A stretch of 29,871 nucleotides of DNA, from positions 1 through 29,871 of the forward strand of contig MTLP01000014.1 of NCBI GenBank assembly GCA_002009975.1, in the 5' to 3' direction. Positions within the stretch are counted from its first letter, which is position 1. Every line of letters begins with the position of its first letter. Source of the stretch: Thermococcus sp. JdFR-02. GTDB lineage: Archaea; Methanobacteriota_B; Thermococci; Thermococcales; Thermococcaceae. Positions 20,972 through 29,871 of this stretch are shown here, piece after piece. The notes below the pieces were generated by a model, which saw only the letters and a program-made list of their open reading frames with translations, was not told the DNA's origin and searched no databases. Both the position numbers and the translations under genes were made by a program.

Positions 20972-21020
20972 AGTTTTTCGGTATTAGGTTTGCGGTAATG
21001 CATTTATTTAGTTTTCGGTA
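20972..21020 (-). repeat. Three imperfect direct repeats TACCG(A/C)AAA around the porG promoter
   Basis: Plus strand AGTTTTTCGGTA (20972-20983), AGGTTTGCGGTA (20986-20997) and AGTTTTCGGTA (21010-21020), flanking a minus-strand TAAATAAAT box. Confidence 0.55.
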
Positions 21021-21144
21021 TAGAAAGAAAAGGCTTTCGTCAAGTGTCTTTGGGTAAAAGTGAACATAATGTATGTTTAGTGTCTACATAGGGACATCAA
21101 GTATCATGAAATTTTTGGTTTACAAAAGTAAAGGGCTAAGAAAA

Positions 21145-21630
21145 TCAAACCTTAATAAAAATTTCTTTTAGTAACTTTACAACTGCCTCAGCACTTTCCT
21201 TTACTCTATCGCTCATTGGTGCAAATAGTGTCGTTTGTTCTGGCTGACAACCTAAGAGGATAAACTTGGCATTTATTTGTGTCTTTAAAAATTGAACAAG
21301 CAATCTTAATGGCATTTTGTGAGTTGATAAAGCTTCACCCAATGTTTCCTCTGGATCAGCTAATGTTACTTCACCTGGTTTTCCTTCAAAATGAATCGCA
21401 TCTATAAATATAATATGGCTTGGATTTTCTTTGATTATTTTACTCACAAAACTCTCTGGGGCTTCATAACAGATAAACACAACAACTCTCTTGCTTTTAA
21501 TCTCCTCCCTAAGTCTTTCAGCAATATAAATTCCAAAGGCATCATCACCCCTATTTTCATTTCCAATTCCACAAATCAATACCTTATCCATATCTCTCAG
21601 GAATTTCCTTAACTCAGAGATTAGCTCCAT
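21145..21630 (-). CDS. hycI: Hydrogenase maturation endopeptidase (HycI-like)
   Basis: GIGNENRGDDAFG, APE, FIDA, STHKMPL, GCQP. Confidence 0.88.
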   Translation of the reverse strand: MELISELRKFLRDMDKVLICGIGNENRGDDAFGIYIAERLREEIKSKRVVVFICYEAPESFVSKIIKENPSHIIFIDAIHFEGKPGEVTLADPEETLGEALSTHKMPLRLLVQFLKTQINAKFILLGCQPEQTTLFAPMSDRVKESAEAVVKLLKEIFIKV

Positions 21631-21723
21631 TTTGACCCCCTATTTTGCAATATTTAAAGAAAAGTTAAAGAGTAAATCCTTTAAAGTCTTATTGTCTATA
21701 TAGACTATATACTCTATAGAGGG

Positions 21724-22695
21724 ATGGAAATGAACATCATACTACTGATCTCAGCACTTGCAGTGGGGTTTTATATAGCATGGAACATAGGGGCAAATGA
21801 TAGCGCAAATGCTATGGGAACAGCAGTGGGAGCTGGAGTATTAAGTTTTAGGCAAGCAACATTCACGATAACCGTTTTTGTTCTTATAGGCGCTTACCTT
21901 AGGGGATACAAAGTCATGAAAACTATTGGAAAAGGGATAGTCCCGGAGGGTTATTTAACCTTGGAAATAGCGATAATTGCTTTATTGGCTGCTGGTGTTT
22001 GGGTTACTATAGCAACGATAAAAGGATTACCAGTTTCAACAACTCAAGCAATCGTTGGAGGGGTTGTAGGGGTTGGATTGGCAATTAATGCACCCATAAG
22101 ATGGTTTACCCTAACTAAAATCCTCGGAGCCTGGATTATTTCTCCTATGATTGCGGCATTGGTTTCTATGCTACTTTTCAAATTTTATGGGTATGTCATC
22201 AATCAAATTAGGAGCCTTGAGAGGATCGAAGTTCTTTATAAGTGGATGGCAGTTTTAGGTGGATCTTACATGGCTTTTAACTTTGGAGCAAATGAAGTTG
22301 CAAACGCTACTGGTCCACTAGTTGGAGCTGGTCTTCTGGAACCAAAAGTTGCTGGAATCTTTGGCGCTATAAGTCTATCCTTAGGGGCATTAACATTTAG
22401 CTATGCCGTTATGTACACCGTTGGAAAGAAAATCACTGCTTTAGGTCCAATTTCTGCCTTTGCAGCACAGTTTGGCTCAGCAATTGCCGTTAGCTTAGCA
22501 AATATTGTTGGTTTACCCGTAAGCTCGAGTCAAGCAATTGTTGGCGGTGTCATTGGAGTCGGATTAGCGACAGGAGAAGGTGTTGATAAAGAAACCATAA
22601 AAGACATAATTTTTGGATGGATTGCAACACCGCTAACGGCTATACTGCTATCTTTGGGAACATTCAAGATGTTTTTGTTGTTTGGTTTAATTTAA
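21724..22695 (+). CDS. pitA: Inorganic phosphate transporter, PiT family
   Basis: GANDSANAMGT and GANEVANATG repeats, GLPVSTTQ/GLPVSSSQ; multi-TM. Confidence 0.9.
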   Translation: MEMNIILLISALAVGFYIAWNIGANDSANAMGTAVGAGVLSFRQATFTITVFVLIGAYLRGYKVMKTIGKGIVPEGYLTLEIAIIALLAAGVWVTIATIKGLPVSTTQAIVGGVVGVGLAINAPIRWFTLTKILGAWIISPMIAALVSMLLFKFYGYVINQIRSLERIEVLYKWMAVLGGSYMAFNFGANEVANATGPLVGAGLLEPKVAGIFGAISLSLGALTFSYAVMYTVGKKITALGPISAFAAQFGSAIAVSLANIVGLPVSSSQAIVGGVIGVGLATGEGVDKETIKDIIFGWIATPLTAILLSLGTFKMFLLFGLI

Positions 22696-22890
22696 GCTTT
22701 TTCAGGCTGCTATTTAATAAAATCTTATCTAACTTCTTGAAAAAGATACAAAATTGTCCCCAGATAGACATTTTTTCAAAGTATTATAAATATTGACTGC
22801 TTTTACATAAATTACGTAACATAGATAAACAAAAACATAGCATACTTAATTAAATTCGCTTTGATATTCTTAATATTGACCACAAAAAAT

Positions 22891-24282
<1,392 letters not shown>

Positions 24283-24308
24283 TTGTCTTTTTCTTTTATT
24301 ATTTGTTA
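24283..24308 (+). terminator. Oligo-T tract after malE (possible partial terminator)
   Basis: TTGTCTTTTTCTTTTATTATTTGTT directly after the stop codon. Confidence 0.45.
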
Positions 24309-24334
24309 TCAGAGCTTTTTAAGGGTGAGAAAGA

Positions 24335-25213
24335 ATGCACAGAATTGAATACCATGAAGAGAAGTTTGCTTATTCTATGCTCATTCCACTTTTAGCCTTT
24401 GTTATAATATTCATAATTGTGCCGGTTCTTGGAACTTTTTGGATAAGCCTCCATAGAGATGTAACATTTTTCCCCACAAAGCCTTATGTTGGATTTAAAA
24501 ACTATCTGTTTGTTCTGACAAAAAGAGATTTTTGGTACTCTGTTTTTGTAACGGTTTCTTTTGCTTTAATAAGTGTTGCCCTTGAAACTCTTCTAGGTTT
24601 AAGTTTTGCTTTAATCTTAAATGAGAAGCTTAAGGTCAGGGGAATTCTAAGAGCAATTGTTCTGATTCCTTGGGCAATTCCAACCATAATCTCAGCGAGA
24701 ACTTGGGAATTAATGTATAATTACACATACGGTCTTTTTAATTACATTTTTACTAAACTTGGAATTGGAGCTATCAACTGGCTTGGAACTCCTGTGAGTG
24801 CATTTTTTGCCATTGTACTTGCAGATGTATGGAAGACAACACCATTTATGACCCTACTCCTCTTAGCAGGTTTACAAGCAATCCCAAATGATATCTATGA
24901 AGCAGCAATTATAGACGGTGCTAACATGTTCTATAGATTTAGGAGTATAACGATTCCTTTATTGAAACCCGTTCTAGTTGTTGCTGTGATTCTTAGAACT
25001 ATTGATGCCTTGAGAGTTTTTGATATCATTTATGTACTAACCGGAGGGGGACCTGGAGGAGCTACAACATCCATTTCCCTCCTAGCGTTTAATTACTACA
25101 ATCTGGGAGATTACGGCGTGGGCTCCACAATTTCAATATTAACGTTCGTGCTTGTGCTTAGTTTTACAATTTTGTACCTTAAAATTGGAAAATTTAAGGA
25201 GGGATTAAGATGA
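24335..25213 (+). CDS. malF: Trehalose/maltose ABC transporter permease MalF
   Basis: EAA loop (YEAAIIDGA), DVWKTTPF, FDIIYVLTGGGPGGAT. Confidence 0.9.
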   Translation: MHRIEYHEEKFAYSMLIPLLAFVIIFIIVPVLGTFWISLHRDVTFFPTKPYVGFKNYLFVLTKRDFWYSVFVTVSFALISVALETLLGLSFALILNEKLKVRGILRAIVLIPWAIPTIISARTWELMYNYTYGLFNYIFTKLGIGAINWLGTPVSAFFAIVLADVWKTTPFMTLLLLAGLQAIPNDIYEAAIIDGANMFYRFRSITIPLLKPVLVVAVILRTIDALRVFDIIYVLTGGGPGGATTSISLLAFNYYNLGDYGVGSTISILTFVLVLSFTILYLKIGKFKEGLR

Positions 25214-26046
25214 ACGAAGAAACACTTAAGAAAATTCTTCTCATAATCGGAGCTACTCTTATGACAGTTATATGTCTATTTCCCTTTACATGGATGATAG
25301 TTATATCGTTCACCAGAGATGCAACTTTTCTGGGATCAACTTCAATTAAATTTGAAACCACTATTCAGAATTATATCACAGTTTTAACCGAGCCAACACT
25401 TCATTTCTTAAGTTACCTAAAAAATAGTATTGTAATCGCCACACTTGTTACACTAATCACGGTTAGTATCTCAGCTTTAGGTGCTTATGCAATTTCAAGG
25501 ATTAAATTTAGAGGCAGACTAACGATTCCCATATTTGTATTGGGTGTTTCGATGTTTCCTCAGATAAGTTTGATTGGGTATCTCTTTAAATTCATAGAAA
25601 AATTGGGCTGGATAAATACCTACAAAGCACTGTTCTTCCCTTATGTCGCATGGACACTCCCCCTGGCTCTCTGGATACTTTTAAGTTACTTCCTACAATT
25701 GCCAAAAGATTTGGATGAGGCTGCTCTAATAGATGGAGCTTCCAGAGTTCAAACCCTGTATAAAGTAATAATTCCACTCTCAGCGCCCGCATTGTTTTCA
25801 ACAGCCCTATTAGTCTTTATTGCAGCATTCAATGAATTCATGTTTGCCCTACTGTTTACAACCGATTACAGGGCAAGAACAGTTCCTGTAGGAATCGCAC
25901 TTTTCCAAGGCGTTCACGGAGAAGTTCCTTGGGGGAACATTATGGCAGCTTCAGTTATTTCAACAATTCCTCTTGTGATATTAGCATTAGTCTTTCAACG
26001 GTACATCATAAGCGGTTTAACCGCTGGAGCCCTCAAGGGGGAATAA
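25210..26046 (+). CDS. malG: Trehalose/maltose ABC transporter permease MalG
   Basis: LDEAALIDGAS EAA loop, NEFMFA, GLTAGALKG; ATGA overlap with malF. Confidence 0.9.
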   Translation: MNEETLKKILLIIGATLMTVICLFPFTWMIVISFTRDATFLGSTSIKFETTIQNYITVLTEPTLHFLSYLKNSIVIATLVTLITVSISALGAYAISRIKFRGRLTIPIFVLGVSMFPQISLIGYLFKFIEKLGWINTYKALFFPYVAWTLPLALWILLSYFLQLPKDLDEAALIDGASRVQTLYKVIIPLSAPALFSTALLVFIAAFNEFMFALLFTTDYRARTVPVGIALFQGVHGEVPWGNIMAASVISTIPLVILALVFQRYIISGLTAGALKGE

Positions 26047-26082
26047 TTTCCCCCAAATTTTTTAATTTACTTGAAAAAGAAA

Positions 26083-27369
26083 TCATCCTTCTATTTGTGG
26101 ATGATACCTAATCTCAACTCCAAATTTTGTCAGGCTTTTAATCATGCCTACTTGAATATAAGCCAAAATTTTTGTCTTTTCTCCATATTCAATGTTTAAA
26201 ATTTCCCCAATTGAATTTAAGAGGGCAACAATTTTGGGGACTATTTCTTTTTCCTCCACAACGATCTCAAATGCCCTAAACTTAGGCAGTGTTAGCAAAA
26301 CATTCTCGAGAGCATCATAAAGCTCTTCCAATTGATTATGCTTTGCTGAAACACTAACTACCCCTGATAACGCTATTCCCCTCTCATTAGCAATTTCAAT
26401 CAATGCCCTTTTCTTGTACTCAACATCTTCTTCGATTGCAAGGTCTTTTTTGTTTAAAACAACTATCAATGGCTTATCAAGGGCTTTAAGCTCCCTTAAT
26501 ACCCTTATAGATGCTAAAAACTTTCTTCTAATTTCTCTCCAAGGTTCACTTACATCCAGCACAAGCAATACAATATCAGCCTTTGTTATCTCCTCTAAAG
26601 TTGAATGAAAGGCTTCAACTATAAATGGAGGCAAATCATCGATGAATCCAACTGTATCGGTAACAAGAACTTTCTTTTGTCCAACTTTAAATCCTCGGGT
26701 AGTTGTAGCTAATGTTGTGAACATTTGATTTTTAGCTGGAATCTCTTCCCTAGCCAAAACATTTAGCAATGTTGACTTTCCAACATTTGTGTATCCCGCT
26801 AAAGCTACTAAAATGAACCCAACTTCCTCTCTTCTCTTCCTCTTTACTTCCCTATCCTCTTTTACTTTTCTAAGCTCTTCCCTTATTTTGCTCATTCTAT
26901 AACGGATGTGCTTCAAGTATTGGTTGATTTGATACTCACCCATGCCCTTAAAACCTGGATTCTCACCCATCTTAGCCCTTCTAATTGCCTCCTTAACAAG
27001 GGGGAGTTCGTATTGAAGATTCGCCAACTCAACTTGAAGCTTAGCTTCCTTAGAGTTTGCTCTCTTTTCAAAGATCTCTAAAACAAGCTGCCATTTATCC
27101 ATTACATCAACTTTAAGTTCCCTCACTATGTTAAAAGCTTGAGAAGGCGTTAACTTGTTTGCAAAAATAATTTTGTCTGGTTTAAGCTCTTTAACCTTCT
27201 CCTTTAATTCCTCAAGCTTTCCCTTTCCTATGTTATATCTTGGATGTTCTTTCCTAACTTGCTCAATTATTTCCAAAACTTCGTAGTCGGCACTACGTAA
27301 AAGCTCTTCAAATTCATCTCTGTTTATCCTTTTATTTGGGGAATGTCTAATAACTCCTATTACCTTCAT
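26083..27369 (-). CDS. hflX: GTPase HflX
   Basis: LEIFEKRA..KEAKLQVELA, GYTNVGKS, DTVGFI, AFHSTLEE, NKKD, VSA. Confidence 0.95.
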   Translation of the reverse strand: MKVIGVIRHSPNKRINRDEFEELLRSADYEVLEIIEQVRKEHPRYNIGKGKLEELKEKVKELKPDKIIFANKLTPSQAFNIVRELKVDVMDKWQLVLEIFEKRANSKEAKLQVELANLQYELPLVKEAIRRAKMGENPGFKGMGEYQINQYLKHIRYRMSKIREELRKVKEDREVKRKRREEVGFILVALAGYTNVGKSTLLNVLAREEIPAKNQMFTTLATTTRGFKVGQKKVLVTDTVGFIDDLPPFIVEAFHSTLEEITKADIVLLVLDVSEPWREIRRKFLASIRVLRELKALDKPLIVVLNKKDLAIEEDVEYKKRALIEIANERGIALSGVVSVSAKHNQLEELYDALENVLLTLPKFRAFEIVVEEKEIVPKIVALLNSIGEILNIEYGEKTKILAYIQVGMIKSLTKFGVEIRYHPQIEG

Positions 27370-27492
27370 CGGAATGAGCTAAAGTTTTAGGGTTTATATC
27401 ATTTTGGTTTTATATAAAAGGGATTTACACTGCTACGCAAGAAATTCCGATTACAAAAACAAGAAACAGCAGAGAATCCAGCAATTTTTGCT

Positions 27493-28638
27493 TCAGCACC
27501 CAGTACCCTCTTGCCAGACACAAACCCTATCCGGATTAACTTCCTCCGCAATCACCCATCCCCTCCAAAGTAAAAGTTTGGAAACACGCCCTCTTGTTTT
27601 CCAGCAGTTAAAATCGTTAAAATCATAGACGCAGATGCCCGTTGATTCCCGAAATACTCCGGAGGTTTTTATGTCAAGGTATGCAAAAGCGAACACATCA
27701 TCTTTTGCTATCTCAATACCCTTTATCAGGGATGGTGTTTTCAGCCTCTTGTAAACTGGAGAGTTTATGATCCTTTCAATCTTTCCGCCGAAGTCAAAAA
27801 CATATATCCTCCCCGTGTAACCAACAGCATAAAGACGACCTCCGTAGATCTTCAATCCCGCAATAGCCCAATCATAGAACCCACTATCGTAGTGCCTTAA
27901 GCTGACATGCCATTTAAGAGAACCATTGAGAGAGAACGCGTAGATGTTCCCACCAGCTATGAGCGTTCCACCGGGCTCTGTTCCACCAGTTGAAAAGAAC
28001 AGTGTCCCATTGCAGTACTCAAAATCGCTGATTGCATACTCTGTACTCAGATTTCCCATCAAACTTCCATTCCTACCGAGGACTATGGCAGAACCTTTAG
28101 TAAAGGCATCGTTCGTTTCAAACGTCAGGAGGTAGCCCTCTGGAAAGATGTAAACCCATGGATACGAACCGGGAGGGGCTTTAAGAGAGTATGCAGTGCA
28201 GTTCCTGGCACAGACATAGTACGTTATGACATCAAAATTATATCTTTCCCTAACGGGATGTCTCGTTGAGTATAGCGAAAAATTACCGAGATTAACGCCG
28301 AATATCAGTTCATTTAAGTTAACACCTTCAGGCACATCAAGTTTAGTAATCGCGAAATTCTCCAAGTTGAAGTTAATTACAACACCATCTTCAACCATCG
28401 AGAGCTTATTCCCTATCAAAAAAGCCACCCTAATGTTCCGAAATTTCTTGAGAATGTTTCCATCTGAGATGTTAAGAATTAAGAGAGTGTTATTCCTAAG
28501 AGTTATGGCTTTTCCATTCCCAACACCTACCAAAGAAACGTTCTCGTATTCCCACTCGCAGTGCCTATATTCATGTGAAAGGTAAAGAATCAAAAATAGG
28601 AAGAGAAGAAAAACCGCAAATATTCTCGAAGTTCTCAT
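27493..28638 (-). CDS. Secreted or membrane-anchored protein with PQQ/WD40-like beta-propeller repeats
   Basis: N-terminal hydrophobic helix, repeats such as GNIYAFSLNGSLKW and GRIYVFDFGG, many NxS/T sequons, 8 Cys. SD GGTGGGG before ATG at 28638 (ORF open to 28659). Confidence 0.7.
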   Translation of the reverse strand: MRTSRIFAVFLLFLFLILYLSHEYRHCEWEYENVSLVGVGNGKAITLRNNTLLILNISDGNILKKFRNIRVAFLIGNKLSMVEDGVVINFNLENFAITKLDVPEGVNLNELIFGVNLGNFSLYSTRHPVRERYNFDVITYYVCARNCTAYSLKAPPGSYPWVYIFPEGYLLTFETNDAFTKGSAIVLGRNGSLMGNLSTEYAISDFEYCNGTLFFSTGGTEPGGTLIAGGNIYAFSLNGSLKWHVSLRHYDSGFYDWAIAGLKIYGGRLYAVGYTGRIYVFDFGGKIERIINSPVYKRLKTPSLIKGIEIAKDDVFAFAYLDIKTSGVFRESTGICVYDFNDFNCWKTRGRVSKLLLWRGWVIAEEVNPDRVCVWQEGTGC

Positions 28639-28649
28639 ATCTTCCCCAC

Positions 28650-29871
28650 CTATGGCCATATTGTTCTGTTTGGTTTATCCTCATGCACAAAGTTCTGTGC
28701 TCTGCTGGGATCGCATGCAAAGCATCCACCACAATGTGTGTTGCACCAGTGACACTGGCATCCAATTAAACACCCTCTACAACAAGCCAGATAATTTTCA
28801 AATATATCCAGCTCATAAGTCCCCCAAGGGACTAAGTCTGGATTTGGAAGATCCGCTCTTCCTGTTGTTAACCAACAATGAGTAGCATCACATTCAAATT
28901 GCCAAATTATATCATGTTTTACGTTACTACTATCATATGCACTGAAAAACCACTTAACTTGAATAGAATTTACAGGAGAATCTCCTAAAATTGGATCGTA
29001 AGTTAGCTCCATGGCAGTTTCCCAGTATTCATGGATATTTGAAGTTGAAGTAAACTCATATGTACAGTACTCATCGTAGAAATAGTTTATATTTGGAGTA
29101 GGAGATGTGTACATACCAACCCAAACTGCTACTTTCTGAAAGCTGTGTAAATAAGCTTGTGTTGGTAGTACAGGAGCAGATTCGCCAAAACAATAATGTA
29201 ATGAACATCCCCATCCGTTACTTATACCAACATCGATTGCTAATGGTTCTATTCCTATTGTTGTTTTCATGATTGTTTGTTGTTTTCCGATTTCTTTAAG
29301 TCTTTTGATTGTTTCTAACTTGACTCTTTCCTCTAAGTAAGCATAAATCTCATTCCAAATCCGCTTTCTCTTCTGAATAAGCTTTAACGCCTCTTCAACC
29401 GTAGCATTACCACTTCTTATCTCCTTAAGTATCTCCCTAAGCCTCATGTCAGTCTCAACGTACTCATCAAACGTTAACTCACCAGCCTGCCGGTAATATG
29501 CAATAAACCAGTCCAAGTCAACGTCTTTTCTCACTGGATGAACCTTCTCAACATACTCTCTGACCAACACATCCTCCTTAGGAAGCCTGTAATAAAGAAC
29601 TTCAACACCATGGGGAGTTTTCCTTGTATATTTTTTGACAAACTCCAAGCTTAACCTCTGCCGTTTATATGCTTCCCTTTCACTCTTTAAACCCCGTACC
29701 TCATCCTCAAGCTTAACAATCTTCTCGAGAGTCCCAACACTCTTAGTCTTGTTTAATTCTACATAAAGCTCCTGTAATTCTGCCTCTTTCTGGTTAATTA
29801 CTCTTGTTAAGTTCTCAATTTTTGCATTTACCTCACTCAAAGCCTTGTCGATGTCAAAATCTTGGCAGGAA
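28650..29871 (-). CDS. Hypothetical precursor-like protein with coiled-coil N-terminal region and Cys-rich C-terminal domain (5' end outside window)
   Basis: Frame stays open from TTG 29840 to the window edge (SCQDFDIDKAL...). E/K/R-rich helical half, then about 195 aa with 14 Cys. Confidence 0.75.
   Translation of the reverse strand, partial: SCQDFDIDKALSEVNAKIENLTRVINQKEAELQELYVELNKTKSVGTLEKIVKLEDEVRGLKSEREAYKRQRLSLEFVKKYTRKTPHGVEVLYYRLPKEDVLVREYVEKVHPVRKDVDLDWFIAYYRQAGELTFDEYVETDMRLREILKEIRSGNATVEEALKLIQKRKRIWNEIYAYLEERVKLETIKRLKEIGKQQTIMKTTIGIEPLAIDVGISNGWGCSLHYCFGESAPVLPTQAYLHSFQKVAVWVGMYTSPTPNINYFYDEYCTYEFTSTSNIHEYWETAMELTYDPILGDSPVNSIQVKWFFSAYDSSNVKHDIIWQFECDATHCWLTTGRADLPNPDLVPWGTYELDIFENYLACCRGCLIGCQCHWCNTHCGGCFACDPSRAQNFVHEDKPNRTIWP

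Noticed and set aside
28571-28885. Short Cys-containing alternative ORFs (28571-28765, 28575-28769, 28652-28885) as separate peptides
   Set aside because: They overlap the two long minus-strand genes, lack SD support and reflect the TGT/TGC-rich sequence.

Overview
AT-rich archaeal chromosome segment from a member of the Thermococcales, judged from GGTGA/GGAGG ribosome-binding sites, BRE-TATA promoters, TFE, the porG-vorDAB-porDAB cluster, and SurR- and TGM-type operators. Most of it is core genome: queC, pyrD, SRP (7S) RNA, a dolichol/phytol-kinase-like protein, DUF99, cutA, hypF, acylphosphatase, an ACT-domain regulator, a PfkB kinase (probably ADP-dependent ribose-1-phosphate kinase), an ABC-2 exporter, tfe, DUF2110, Mrp/NBP35, the POR/VOR oxidoreductases, a HycI-type protease, a PiT transporter and hflX. 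Two accessory modules flank hflX. One is a stripped-down trehalose/maltose malEFG operon with no malK, trmB or treT and a TGM-like operator. The other, at the right edge, is an unexplained gene pair: a 5'-truncated precursor-like protein (charged helical N-terminal region, an IEPL junction, then a lower-GC C-terminal domain with 14 Cys) closely followed by a membrane-anchored beta-propeller-like protein. This pair is the best candidate for an undescribed system, possibly a polymorphic archaeocin/effector with a cognate partner or immunity protein, but that role is inferred only. Also noted: an H/ACA-like K-turn sRNA candidate, a structured RNA cut by the left edge, and identical DNA tracts shared between por and vor paralogs that suggest gene conversion. 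Family assignments come from motif recognition and recalled homologs; no searches were run.
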